Assembly: GCF_001194135.2 (NCBI RefSeq) | Contig: NC_069007.1 | Span: 1,819,397-1,883,396, forward strand | Origin: Octopus bimaculoides | Taxonomy: Eukaryota | DNA: 64,000 bases | Direction: 5' to 3' | In this document: in pieces, positions 27,908 to 41,953 of the stretch | Layout of the letters: each line of letters begins with the position of its first letter | Position numbering within the stretch: the first letter of the stretch is position 1 | The notes under the pieces: generated by a model | What the model was told of the DNA's origin: nothing | What the model saw: only the letters and a program-made list of their open reading frames with translations | The model's database searches: none | Translations under genes and position numbers: made by a program

Positions 27908-27939
<32 letters not shown>

Positions 27940-28670
27940 CGCGCACACACATGTATACATTAATACACATATTTTCATATACCTATGCATATATAAGTAT
28001 GTTTTAATGTCAAGTTATATGTAAAAACAATTTCCCATTTAACTAAAGAATTATTCCATAGTCGTGTGCGTGTGCGTGTGTTTTTATGTGCGTGAACGCG
28101 TGTACGCGTCTGCGTGTGTGTGTGTGTGTGTGCATGTCTGTGCTTGTCTGTGTACGTGTGTGCGATTTTGCCAAAGCTTGTATGTATTCCAAAACAAATC
28201 GTTACGAGTAGCTACGTCATTTTATGCGAAGAGTCTAAAAGATAATGCCATTCAGTATATTGAATGCTGAAAATAAGTAGCATAGTGGATGCTAATATGA
28301 TTGAGCAAATCCTTTCACAGTGTCAAACAAGTATGATTAGAGTACAATGTCTGATATTCATAAAAGTAGAAAGAAAGTAGTTTAATAAGCGATTTTCATA
28401 AACGACCTGTCGTAGCGGAGTCACAAAACAAATCCACAGAGATTTGCTGAATATTCGAAATACTTTAATAATATTGTTCAAAACATTGCTAAGTTATTTA
28501 TAATAAGGTTTTGTGGTTAAAGCAAAACGGCAGACACGACTTAAAGGAAAGAACGTTAGACTTGCAAGAAATAGCAGATAAATGTCCCTTAAAAGAGACA
28601 CTACATTCCTTAATAAAGGAAGCGAAAACTTATTACTTGACTACTTGTGTAACGATATAACACCAGGCAC

Positions 28671-28842
28671 AAGGCGACGAGACTTCAAATTCCGCCGAGG
28701 TCGACTTTACCTTTCATCTTTTCGGTGTTGATTAAATAAGTACCAGTTACGCACTGAGGTCGATGTAATCGACGTAATCCATTTGTGTGTCCTTGTTTGT
28801 CCCCTCTATGTTTAGTCCCCTGTGGGCAATAAACAAATAAAT
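28671..28842 (+). mobile_element. Family-A SINE with deleted head interior
   Basis: AAGGCGACGAG fused to CTTCAAATTCCGCCGAGGTCGACTTTACCTTTCATC...AAGTACCAGTTACGCACTG. Confidence 0.8.
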
Positions 28843-28889
28843 ACTTAGTTCTCAGCTCGCAACATCACAAGGGGACCCTTTATGTGGAC

Positions 28890-29075
28890 AAGGAAGACTA
28901 TATTTTATCTTCTAATTGCTTGAGTCATTATACTGCACCATAATGAGTCAACACCTTCAGGAACTATAGTCGACTCCAGTATTTATAAGATTGGTGCTTA
29001 TTGCATCAGTCTCTTTTGCTGAACAAATAGTTACAGGGATGTAAATACACCAGCACTTGTTGCCATTGGTTGTCA
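28890..29075 (-). mobile_element. Family-B SINE 3' half, degenerate
   Basis: GAGTCATT...TCTCTTTTGCTGAAC...AGTTACAGGGATGTAAATACACCAGCAC, homologous to 18860-19020. Confidence 0.6.
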
Positions 29076-29423
29076 GTTGGTGAATGCTGCCCTAAACCTT
29101 GCCTTCAATTCATATTTGGTGTTACAAAGAGTTTCGTTGGTCTCTCGCGCAACTGTGGCTTACAAATAATAATCAAGGAGATTACAGTCTGGGGAGTTAG
29201 GTGGGAAGATGTTAGGGGTGATATGGTCGCAGAAATTGTCTGGCAGTCATGACTGGCTTCTCCTGCTTATGAGGTATGGTGCAGTGTCTTGTTGCCAGAT
29301 ATAGGGTCTTCCACCAGCCACACTCTTGACCCAGAGCAGCACTACCTCCTCCAGGGACTTGATGTGTGTGTCCGTGCTGAGTCTGAGGCTGTGTGAGAAG
29401 ACGAATGGGAGCACATCGTCGCC

Positions 29424-29429
<6 letters not shown>
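29076..29429 (-). pseudogene. DD37D (maT) Tc1/mariner transposase C-terminal remnant
   Basis: SDGDDVLPFVFSHSLRLSTDTHIKSLEEVVLLWVKSVAGGRPYIWQQDTAPYLISRRSQS*LPDNFCDHITPNIFPPNSPDCNLLDYYL*ATVARETNETLCNTKYELKARFRAAFTN; 37 residues between the QQD and LDY aspartates; two stops, no frameshift. Confidence 0.9.
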
Positions 29430-29454
<25 letters not shown>

Positions 29455-30900
29455 CAGAGAGAGAGAAAGAGAGAGAGAGAGAGGGAGGGATAGATAGATA
29501 GTTAGTTAGATATATATATATATATATATATGATGGGTTCTTTCAGCTTCCGTCTACCAAATCCACTACCAAGGTTTTCGTCAACCATGTAACCTGCAGC
29601 CAAACGGGTGAGAACCAAACACCTACGCTAGCGACTAGGATGAATATATTTTATTCCACCTGTAATTTGTTACTCTTCAGCATGCGAGATTATTAATTTT
29701 GACTTTCATCCTTACGGCTTGGCAAAAATCAAATACTAGACACATAACGAATTAAATACAATCGCTTCTGCCGTTTCCTATGTTTCTGAATCAATGTCAT
29801 TAATCAATAGAAATATACAGGCAATGATTTGTCGTAGATCAACATCAAACTCCTGTGGAATCAGGACAGGATTATTTTCTACAGATAAAAGCAACATTAT
29901 CTGAAATATATAGAAGTGAATCCATCTAGGTATTATTTGGGATTTTTATGTGCCATAAATTTGTAAATGCTCCAATGGAAACCTTGTCTCACAGCAATAT
30001 TTATATACGAAGGAAGGGAGGGCATCTGTATTGCGATGTTGTTTTGGGTGGAATGTGGAGGGGATATACCTTTTAATACATTATCAGTCACAAGTTGAGC
30101 TGTTTGTAATTAATCATTTGTGAGAGATATGGATGTGCTAGGAATGTTGGCATACACGTAGTTGATGAAAGCTTCCAGCGAGTAACCTGAATGGAAATTT
30201 GGGATCATGGATGCAAGAGATATCTTTTTGTGTAAAAAGGGCGTGTGTTATAAGACACAGTAAGGCAGTGTTCGGAAGTACAACGAGTGGTAGAGGAAAC
30301 AAATTCCTACATGTCTTCGTTTTCCTTGTGTGGATGTATCAAGAATTTATTATGTGTCTGTGGGTCAGACAGAGATGTGTGTAAGGCATGGCGTAAATTA
30401 ATTAGGATAGCTTAAGATTGCAAACGAAAGGCTCTCTTACTGATACAATAAGTATGAGAAAAGTGAGAGCCAATAAGGGTGTGAGAGATACCCTTGATGC
30501 CAAAGGAAATGTGGTTTAATTGTAGACTGTAGTTCGTTGCATTCGTTTGGTCCTTGAAGAGATAGGTGTATTGTAAAAGGTACTGGATGGAAATGGTAAG
30601 CCAGTGCAAATGGTCTTTTTTACCCGGCGCCAAGGTGAGATAGGTTAGTGTTGAGGAGGAGTATGTATAGTCAACATGTTGAGGTTTAAGTATATGGTGC
30701 AGCCTATGAATCAGGGACATCCATCTTCTGAGTAGAAAGTATCTGCGTTTTGCATGTTAGATCCAGAAAAAATAAAACGACACCTCGCTGGTAATAAATC
30801 AAGAAAAGAAACCATTCGTAAGATTTGAAACCGTAACCTAAGGTGATGCAAGTTTGCACTTTGTTGTTTTGTGTTTGAAACAACTTGATAATAAGAGCGA

Positions 30901-31333
30901 TATCGGTTTCAAATTTTGGCACAAGGCCAGCAATTTGGGGGAAGGGTGTAAGTCTATCGCATCGCTCAAGATTTCAACTGATTCTTATTTTATCGACCGG
31001 GAAAGGATGACAGACGAAGTGGACCTCGTGGAATTTGAACTCAGAGCGTAAGAATGGACAGAATGCTGTGAAGCATTCTGCCCAGCGTGATAACTATTCT
31101 GCCAGGTTGTCGCTTTAATAATCCTTTCTACCATAGGCAAAAGGTCTGAAATTTGAGGGTGGCGACTAGTCGCCGCCTTAAACTAAGTTAATATTCATAT
31201 AAAATTTTGGGAGAGGGCCAGCAATTTCGAGTGAAGAAGTGGACTACATCAACCCCAGTATTCAACTGGTATTTATTTGAACTAACTCGAAAGGACAAAA
31301 GGCAAAGTCTACCTTGGTGGAATTTGAACTCAG
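30901..31333 (-). mobile_element. Three co-oriented family-A SINE copies or fragments (30901-31114, 31117-31172, 31201-31333)
   Basis: Reverse-complement matches: GGTTTCAAATTTTGGCACAAGGCC, TTTATCGACC..GAAAGGATG, GGAATTTGAACTCAG. Confidence 0.8.
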
Positions 31334-32221
31334 CCCGTCATGCTAATCTTTTGCTTGCTTAATCAAAATTAATATTGATAAGATACGAAACCAGAACTTA
31401 ATGAGAAGTAACTTAATGTAAACAGCGAACAATTTTATGCGATACTTCAATGACTTTATTTATCTGCCACGATGATCGTGCGCTGCAGGAAAGAAGAGAA
31501 AGCAGAATTTTATTTCCCACGTAAAGTATTTTAACTGTATCATATATATTTCAACTCTGCTATATGACTGTCTGGGAAGACAATAGAATTTTCTAAGAAG
31601 AGTCATTCAGAATTTCAGCTGCATTAGATATAATATAATATGTAGTTGTGTAAATATAATATAAAAGCAATTTTACAAAATTTAATGTTTATGAATATTA
31701 TTATCATTCTAAGTAGTGTTATATAACATAGAGCAAATAAAATACTTATAAGTATATTCCCTATGTTTTAATGCTTTCTCATTATACCCTAGGGACATAC
31801 ATTGTTGCAAAATAATAAAAAAGATTCCACTGACACAAACTTAGTGCAATAAGAAGAGAGAATTCAGCTAAACTTGCGAAATAATACAATGAGCAAATAT
31901 TAAGGAGGTTCGTTTGTTTAGATTAGTTGGAGATAATCGGTGGCTTATCTTGATGCACAAGAAAGTCAGTGGAAAAATGTACACCGACTCACGTATACGC
32001 ACTCATAGGAATTATTCGTATATATATATATATATATATCTTAGACACAGACACAAACACAAACTTACACAGTGGCACACATATATAAGCATATAAAACA
32101 TATATGTTTACGTGTATATACATTACAGATATCTATATATACATATATACACGTGTATATATATATGTGTATCTACATCTCTGTGTGTGTATCTACACAC
32201 ACATACATACACACACGCACG

Positions 32222-32263
<42 letters not shown>

Positions 32264-32479
32264 CGAAATCGTCGGGTAAGAGATGAACTGCCATTTATTT
32301 ATTAAATTCTCAACGTCTTTATATTAGGACCTGCTATTAATTCACTTAGAACTAATATCAGATTTTATCTCAACGATGACCTTTCCAAATATCCATTTCG
32401 TATTCTCTGTTCTATTTCAGAGAAGATTGTTAGTAAGTTGAATCTGAAATAAATTCTACGCTATTTATATTATTTGTAG

Positions 32480-33060
32480 CAACAATGTCTACTTTTCTCT
32501 CTACATCTCTGTTTATTTTCTTACTCTGCATCTCTGTTGCTCTCGCCTCTCCGTTGCTATATCATTCTTGATCTCAGCATCTCCTACGCTCTCCCTTTCT
32601 TAGCTATCTTCTTTTTCCTATTCATTTTCTCTTTCTCATTCAGTCTCTCTTTAATTGTACTTATTCTTTGCTTTTCGTAATCATTCTCCTACTTTGTTTC
32701 TCTCCTACATCTCTCTTTATTCTGTTGCTCTACATCTTTGTTTCTCTCAACTCTTTATTGCCATATCTTTCTTGGTCTCAGTAACTGCTACCCTCTCTCT
32801 TCTTTGGTATCTTCTTATTCATTTTCCCTTTCTCCCTCTATCGCTCTTTAACTGTCCTCTTTCTTTGCCTCTCTCAATCATTCTCCTACATTGTCCCTCT
32901 CCTCTGTGCAACTTATATCTTTCAAGCGCATCCTAAGTTAGATACTCACGCATTTTCCCATTCCTTCTCTTTATGTCTACATCTACTCCTCACACTCTTT
33001 TTAAATATCCATCTCTCTAACTCTCTATCAGTCTGTGTCTCTCAAATTTTCTCCTCTATA
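32480..33060. repeat. Long degenerate (CT)-rich polypyrimidine low-complexity tract
   Basis: About 580 nt dominated by C/T with repeated CTCT/CTACATCT motifs. Confidence 0.75.
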
Positions 33061-33510
33061 ACCTTCACCAAAGGTCACGCTAGCTTACAAACAGAAAATG
33101 ATATCTTACGTTTCTCATCCCTTGATTTATACACCTATTCAATATTACCCATACAAAGCAATATATTTATCTTCCCTACACTTTCTCCTACAATTCAAAT
33201 CAAGAACATTTAACTAAATACATTGCCGATTTCTTAAGCAGTGACCTCGCTGATTGCGATTGCAGCGAGCCCTAGTATTGACCCGAAGACATTTGCCCGT
33301 ATCAGCATTATCTGAAACATTGCCATACACGGCAGAATCAATGTTTCCTATCAGATCTTCAATAGATTCGAGAAAAAAAACTAAACAAAAACAAACGAAA
33401 GAATTTCTTAGCTCAGTATTTGATTACTCTTTCATCAATTTGGTGAATAAAGGAACGAAAGAGCTCCTGCAGAAAATATACACACCAACACACAACAAAA
33501 ATATGCACGC

Positions 33511-33640
<130 letters not shown>

Positions 33641-34391
33641 CTCACACACACTAGACGCGCACATACATACGCACATTAATATACGTATGTATGCAGCTAT
33701 ATACATATGTATAAGCAGTATGTATGTATGTATAATGGTAATGGTACTTGATATGAAAATATTCATGAAATAGTCGTACTGAAATTACAGCTTTTGAAAT
33801 GAATCTTCTTCGTATTTCCATACATTATTCCTCGCTGTATTTATTGAAATTACTTTCCAAATGCAGCGTGTTTTCCGTTATTTGTGGCGATTGTCATAGC
33901 AAAGCCGGAATGAATTCCCGATTTTTGCGAAACGGGCAAAAGCTATAGGTTTTTCTCTTTATTATCGCAGAAAGAACTGATTAATCGATAGATATTATTG
34001 ATACAAGCCTTATCAAACAACGTTAAAAAATACAACTTATATACTTATATAAAACGCACATATATAAGAGCAGAAACGTTAACATGCAGTATGCATATAT
34101 AGGTGTATGTGTGTTTATATGTATGTATATGAATGAAATGAGCATGCAACAAGCAAGGAAAATCCAATACTTCGTGTTGAGACAGAGGTAGATGTTATTA
34201 CACCATACTTATGATATGGAATGCAGTTATTGGCGATCGACTAAAGTACAAAAATGTTTGACACCATTTCGTGAAGCCCAAAAACACTTGTTCTCCGATT
34301 TGAAAAAATTCGAAAAAGATGAAAAATCCCTACAAGGGATGACTTACCTGGAAATTGTAAAAGACGCCATCTTTTTGCATTTAGTACTGTT

Positions 34392-34415
34392 TAACCCTAA
34401 CCCTAACCCTAACCC
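34392..34415 (-). repeat. Interstitial telomere-type repeat (TTAGGG)4
   Basis: TAACCC x4 on the + strand. Confidence 0.85.
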
Positions 34416-35323
34416 TTACATCTACTGTCCATTTCTGTATGCAAATCGCAAGATTTTAAGATAAATATAATTTCGTCAGATAAAATAAGCTAAACATTTA
34501 TTGCCTTGATTATAAGTTGTTTTAAAAGGTTCGGTAAAAATGTTAACGCCATGAGGTACACAGTTTAGTGTTTGCAGTTGCGCACATGGTGCGATATAAG
34601 AAAATTTTCTTATGAATCTGAGCCTCTCAAGCTGATTAAACATCCTCCATATATAACTAATGAAAATTTTGAAATTTCAGAATTGATATGAATATATATA
34701 TATATATATANNNNNNNNNNNNNNNNNNNNNNNNNNNNNNNNNNNNNNNNNNNNNNNNNNNNNNNNNNNNNNNNNNNNNNNNNNNNNNNNNNNNNNNNNN
34801 NNNNNNNNNNNNNNNNNNNNNNNNNNNNNNNNNNNNNNNNNNNNNNNNNNNNNNNNNNNNNNNNNNNNNNNNNNNNNNNNNNNNNNNNNNNNNNNNNNNN
34901 NNNNNNNNNNNNNNNNNNNNNNNNNNNNNNNNNNNNNNNNNNNNNNNNNNNNNNNNNNNNNNNNNNNNNNNNNNNNNNNNNNNNNNNNNNNNNNNNNNNN
35001 NNNNNNNNNNNNNNNNNNNNNNNNNNNNNNNNNNNNNNNNNNNNNNNNNNNNNNNNNNNNNNNNNNNNNNNNNNNNNNNNNNNNNNNNNNNNNNNNNNNN
35101 NNNNNNNNNNNNNNNNNNNNNNNNNNNNNNNNNNNNNNNNNNNNNNNNNNNNNNNNNNNNNNNNNNNNNNNNNNNNNNNNNNNNNNNNNNNNNNNNNNNN
35201 NNNNNNNNNNNNNNNNNNNNNNNNNNNNNNNNNNNNNNNNNNNNNNNNNNNNNNNNNNNNNNNNNNNNNNNNNNNNNNNNNNNNNNNNNNNNNNNNNNNN
35301 NNNNNNNNNNNNNNNNNNNNNNN

Positions 35324-35383
<60 letters not shown>

Positions 35384-37479
35384 CGTGCGTGAATAAACAC
35401 ATACATATAATTCGTCGAGGCCAATTAAGCGAGGCATCTTCTTTCCGAATTGTCAGAACGATATAATGGGTTCTGTTCCGCTTACTTCATATCTATTAAA
35501 GGAACAGCGAATATGAAGCAGAAACGTACCACATTAAAAAAAATATTTTTAAAAATCCTTTTTAGGCATCATTCGGAAGTTAAATCAAGGCGAAGTGTGT
35601 TGTTACCAGCGCGGTGTAATATATTCTTCTATACACATTTGTTCTTCTATTCATGTCAATATCCTCGTCAGTACTGACAAGCATTCTAACTTATTTACAT
35701 GTGTAATATCTACTCACGTCTGACCATCGACGTACCACTCTGTCCATCAACCTAACGTTGACAGAAACAATTAGCAATCCCTTCCTGCAAAGCGTTGTAC
35801 TGACGCCAGCACGATCTACTCCATGCATTATTTTCTTCCTTTCATTGCGTATTTCACTGTCAGGTCACTGAAGTATATCTTACATGCGGACATTTCATGT
35901 AAATGACAAGCACATAGAATTTTCTGTTAGATAGTAACTGTGCATCAGAGGATGCGAAATGAAATCATCCGAGGTCGCTTGGAAGGCAATTCTTTACAAT
36001 TTCCCGTGACCCTCTGTGTCGGTTTCACTCTTAAAACTTGGCATAAACTGCCATTCACAAAGTTGTTTTTATCTCCCTCTTCAGGTTTACGATAATAATT
36101 CTACTTTGGGCTGCACCAGACCCTTGGAGGGGGTCAGGTATCATCCGCAAATCTTTCTAACGAATATCCAAGACCCACCTTTGCTAGCCTGCAGTTTGCT
36201 GTCACCTCAGTCTGTCTCTTCTACCCTTAATTTTACAGTCTTTGATAATTAAGTGTTGGTCATCGACTATGACTGTCACTAATGCTGAACGTTATTATGT
36301 CTGTTAATCTCTGGTTGCCGATTCTGTAATTAACTGCTCAGGTCAAACGTTACAGACCATAACATCAAATACCTTCAGTTCCCGTTAGCCAAACGTTCAG
36401 CTGTTTAAACAGGATTGCAAACGCATAAATCTCACTGCGTAGAACTGGATTTCTGGCCACCCAGTATCATATGAGCATAACCTAAGAAATATGATGGCAG
36501 TGAGAGTTTGTCAGCACACTTTACGAATCCATAGAGTTTAAACCTTTTGGACATAAATTGACAATTCTGCAATATGATGAGAGCGTGTTTTCGGCCTCGG
36601 GGTACATTTCGACAGAACGGGTGTGATTCTTAAAAATTTTCCATTTTTAAATATATACATGGGTTTGCTTTTCGCTCATTAAATGTTAAATTTCAAGTGG
36701 ATTATAAGAGTTGATGCAGATGTGATTTGCACAATAGAGACCAACATTACATTAAATGAACTGCGGTGTTAGTAGCATCTGCTTTTTTTATTTTTCTCCT
36801 TAAACCCTGACGTACTCTACGAAATACGAGTAATCTCAATATTTTTATGTTTATTAAACATTATACTCTTAAGAAACTATGAATTTCCTCTCTTGTACAA
36901 TTCACTTATTTTTGTACACAATGAAAACCAAGATCATTCATGCATTTTTTAAGTTTCTAAAAAGCTGCGAAGCTTTTGTTTGTTTGTTTGGCATTGCTCT
37001 TTGTTGCTAACCATTATTACCCAGAATGCAAACTGCGTTTTCAATGGATTCAGATGATTATTTGTATTATTTTTATCCGTATGAATTTCACTTGAAAACT
37101 AAAGCTATTGAATAATTGTGAAAGATGGCAAAGATGCATGAATGTAACGCTGTGAAGAAAAACCAAGATAAAAGCAAACTATAAAAAAAAAACAATATTA
37201 TATCACGCTAATTTTGAATATTTCCAAACCAAATGTAAAAAAAAATAATAAACTTGAGAAACTATAAATAAAATGTAAAATCGATATCACAGCATAACAA
37301 AACTCAACTAGAGTGTAATGTGAAAATCTCCAGCAGTCGAACACGTGTGCATAAAAACTTTGTTGTAATCAACATTGAATCCTACGAGATATTTAATGGC
37401 AAATTAATTATAAAATAATAGATTTATTACAGGGATTTCTAAGGCACAGTATACTACCCAGGAATTTATGTTGTTTTAT

Positions 37480-37790
37480 TATTATTATTATTAAATAAAA
37501 ACACTGAGAGAGCAGTGCATGCCATGAAAGTGACACTGGGGTAAAATCTACGAAGCCCAATATACCCATCATGACTACCTCTCTGATAAGGGTACACCAG
37601 GCACATGCATCACAACCACATGTCCACGCATGAATTTGTAGGTGGGGCCCAGTTAGAATTTCTTTCAGGCTGAGTAGGCCACCTGCTCAAAATGTTCCTG
37701 GATAAGGGTTGTTTAAGGATGTTGAACATGACACCCATGTTAACAAAGGTGAATTATCCAAAGAAAGAAAGATACAAACATTCCAAACAT
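37480..37790 (-). mobile_element. Unclassified retroposon 3' portion with (TAA)n tail
   Basis: GC-richer block ending on the minus strand in GCATGCACTGCTCTCTCA...AATAATAATAAT; resembles an Octopus repeat from recall only. Confidence 0.45.
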
Positions 37791-38710
37791 CCCAGGTTCT
37801 CCTCATAGATACGCCAAAATACACACAAACAGATACACAAACTCTCAGGACAATCGTAAAAATAGGACATATATGGTGACCTATGTGTAGAGTACGGCCT
37901 TTGAGAGGAAGATTATAACAAAATCAAATCAGTAATAAGGGTAATAATGCCCGAGGAGGATTATCCAACGGATATAAAACGTACTTTAATTAATACAGAC
38001 AGATATAAAAGAGTGAGGGAAACATTTGGCAATGGTACAGACACACTGGGACCAAAGGTGTGATACGAAATTCTACCTTCTGTGATAATATATGAAGATT
38101 TGTGACAGTACATGGTAGTGTAACCATTTTCCATATGATTTTAAACTGATAAACATTGGCACGAAAGAAGAGTTAAATTGTACTAATCGGGAGTGGGGCT
38201 CGAGTAGCCATCGCATCCTCATTATATTATATTTCCATTTTCATTAATCCATCTATGTTTTATGTCCCCAATTTGTATTCTCAAACACTTCTCAAGCACG
38301 TAGTTTTGAGTTCAATCTAACTACGCGGCATGTTCCCCAGGTATATTCTCCTATCCGGGATTGATCAATGCCTTCGCTCTGATTGTCTTACACGTACAAT
38401 ACATACAAACGTACCTGTATACATACATACAAATATATATATATATATGTATGTATATTTATATATACATACACACATACGCACATTTAAACACACACAC
38501 ACACACACACACACACGTGTGTGTGTCTTTATGTGACTTCCACAAAAGCTTCACAACCGCAGCTGGTTTGTTAATGTCAGAGTAAGTTGGACAAAGAGGG
38601 CGAGACTTTATCTATACACTTGGGTTCATGTGTTCAATTAAACTTCTCAGTACAGCTTGGTCACAGACTAATGATCGAAAGAAGTGAAAGAAAACGATTC
38701 CTCTGCTTGT

Positions 38711-38746
<36 letters not shown>

Positions 38747-38779
38747 ACGTGTTTGCTATTCATTTACTTGCTTCAATTA

Positions 38780-39135
38780 TTAAACTGCGGCCATGATGAG
38801 GCACCACTTTATTCTGTTTTTAGTCGAACACATCCACCCTAATACTTGTTCTTTAACCTAGCAAAAATGTTATATTGGCCTCTTTCGCCGAACGCAAACC
38901 AACCAACGCTCAACACTTGTTTTCAAGCGAAAATAGAGAAAGACACATGCAAAAGGACACACACATAGATATATACATACATACATGCATTGCATACATA
39001 CATAGATATATACATACATGACGAGCTTGTTTTAGTTTTCGTGTACAAAATCCACTCAAAGAATAGGTTGGTCTGGATCTCAAGGTACCATGGTGTGGGA
39101 TTGAATCCTGAACTATGTGGCTTATAAGCCAATTT
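38780..39135 (-). mobile_element. Family-B SINE, old and degenerate
   Basis: CTGCGGCCATGATGAGGCACCAC, TAGTCGAAC, AAATCCACTCA, CAAGGTACCATG..GATTGAATCCTGAACTATGTGG. Confidence 0.65.
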
Positions 39136-40399
39136 CATACCTCAAAACCTCATGGAAGAAAATGTTCATAATAAATTTATAGATAGTGAGGCTTTCAATG
39201 AACACGATGGGAATGATGTGTGGAATGTTAGCAGAAATGATAATGAAAATGGCGACGACACCTACGAAGAGGCGAGCGATTATACTTTACAAGGCATGAA
39301 CATGAGTAACAGAAACTAAAGGTGTAAAAATCCATAACAGCAACAAGTATTTAAAACTGAAGAGAGAAATTCTAACTGTATTTAGAAGAAGAAAAATTTT
39401 AACATTATCAACAACAGCAAAAATAAAGGCAACAAGGCAGCCACCACCACAACAACAACTTAACAACGTTAGTATCAAGAACGATTATAACCTAGGTGAC
39501 ACATTCGTATATTTAGAAATTAAAGTGACATTTCTTCCTGTGATTTATGCAGTTTTGTACAAAATCTAATTGAACATAAACTAACTTTACAACTATAATT
39601 ATTGCAGTAGAAATGACCGGGATTTGACTTGTTTAAAGGGCCAAGTGCTTCCTAATACATTTGTATTCGTTAGTTGTGAAAAGCTGAAGTCAATAATTAT
39701 TAGCAGGAGAATCAAATGTCCAAATACTAAGTTGGCATTTATTCAGCTGAAAGGTCGAAGGTCAAATCGCACTTTCTTTAATTTCAAGATAACCAGTTGT
39801 GAGTTATTAGGCTTTGATCGTCTCTTAAATTTTACAGAAGAATAAAATGTCATGTTGAGTTGGACAAGTGCCAACAAAACTGAATTTGTTGCATAACAAC
39901 GGACGAAATTCTAATGCAGAGCGAACTTAAAGTACCGATTGGGCGCTATTAATAAAATATCATACAAATTATATTTATTTAATTATACGAATTTTCGTTC
40001 TTTTTTTTATAGTAGTTAAAGATTTTGTTGTGTGTTTTTTTTAAATTCTAATGTGTGGTTTTTCTAAAATTTTATTCAAGAAAATTCTATTTCTATCAGT
40101 CTGAATAACGATTGATTTTTTATTTTTTTTATTTTTCCTTTTTAATTTCTGGTTCCTTGGTACACTTTACTTGTACCGAAAATAATCACTCACGAATACG
40201 CTTAAACATATTACACACACATACACACACACACACACACACACGTACACACATACCAACTCAATAGCACATGCAAGCATACATACACACGCTCACACAT
40301 TCACGAAGACATACAGGGATACATACACTCATACACACTTACTCAGACTTATAAGCATACACACGCACGATCGCACCTTTATTTGCACACTATAAGCAT

Positions 40400-40572
40400 A
40401 TTCGTTTAAGTGTGGCCATACTGGAGCAGCGCCTCTAGTCGAACAAATCGACACCAAGACTTATTCTCTCGGTCTCTTTTGCCGAACTATCATCATGCTA
40501 CCTTTTCCTACGAGTTACGGGGACGTAAAAGCACCAACAGCGGTTGTGAAGCGATGGTAGGGAGGCAAATAT

Positions 40573-40621
<49 letters not shown>

Positions 40622-40824
40622 CGCGCGTGTGTGTGTGTGCGGGTGTGTATGAATGTATACGACGAGCTTCTTACAGTTTCCGTCTACTAAATCCACTCAC
40701 AAGGCGTTAGTCAGCCTAGGCTATACGAGAAGACACTTGCCCGAGGTGCCACGCAGTAAAATTGAACCCAGAACCATGTGGTTGCGAAGCCAGCTCCTTA
40801 CCATACAGCCACGCTTGTGCCTAT
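40400..40824 (-). mobile_element. Family-B SINE, near full length
   Basis: Collinear with 18849-19250, with an expanded internal (AT)n/(GT)n and an insertion of about 20 nt after GCCGAAC. Confidence 0.85.
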
Positions 40825-41708
40825 ATATTCATACCCTAAGACAATCACTGACTTGTATAAGCATGCAAATACACAAACATTCACTCGCAGAGACGCACAC
40901 ACACCAATACACAAGCACACAAATACACACACACACACAAACACACATTCACACGCACACACAAGAATACTTACACACGCTCAAATATACATCGTACCTC
41001 AGCTGCAGATAAACAGTTGTAAGTTATATCGCATGAGAAATTCTGTACATCAAAATTGTAGCAAGAATTCCAGAATATATCTGGGTTCTTCTGTTCTAAA
41101 CACTAACCCCATTCCATCCTGCTGTTCTATGCAGCCGCCAGAGCAAACGAAGTGCAGCTGTACCCGTTGTACATATTTAAGCCTGGCAGGAATTGTTTTT
41201 GTTTGATATTATTGTGTGAACTTTGTAGTAAACAAAAATGAACGAGTGAATGACAGCCTTCTTTATTAAAGTTTGAATTATGTTTGTCGTATGTAAAGTA
41301 AACAAGATGATAATTCCGGAAATGAGGTCTCCGTCTTCTAAAACCGGTGATGAGAGCACTTGAAGAAAAGTCGGATTAAAAACAAATCGTTATGTCCGTC
41401 CGGATATGCAATCATCTTTCTCTCGTTTACTCCCTTTCTATCTCTCTCTCTTTCTATTTCTCTCATTCTCTTTCTTTCCTTCTTTCTTTTCTTTCTTTGT
41501 TTTTTATATTTATTTAGTTACACACGCACAGTTACACAAATGCAGACGTCTATAGGCTTCCACATAAATGTGTGTCTGTATAATGTACATGTACACACAC
41601 ACACACAAGTATACACACACATCTATATACACACATATTTAGATAGCTACATATATAGATATATACTACATATACATACATACATATTCTATATGCATAT
41701 ATGCATAC

Positions 41709-41709
<1 letters not shown>

Positions 41710-41799
<90 letters not shown>
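41710..41799. repeat. (AT)n microsatellite
   Basis: About 45 uninterrupted AT units. Confidence 0.95.
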
Positions 41800-41802
<3 letters not shown>

Positions 41803-41914
41803 AGAGAGAGAAAGAGAGAGACATAAGCATGTGTGTCTATATATAGGCACATGCATATGCGTCTATATTTATATACATATATGTGTCTGTGTGTATAGAT
41901 ATAGACACATATAC

Positions 41915-41953
<39 letters not shown>

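Noticed and set aside
30000-30730. Strand-skewed block with a 102-aa minus-strand ORF, suspected old LINE or Helitron remnant
   Set aside because: No convincing RT, endonuclease or helicase motif in any frame by eye; needs BLASTx.
41345-41410. GTGATGA C-box-like motif (snoRNA candidate)
   Set aside because: No D box (CTGA) at a suitable distance and no terminal stem.
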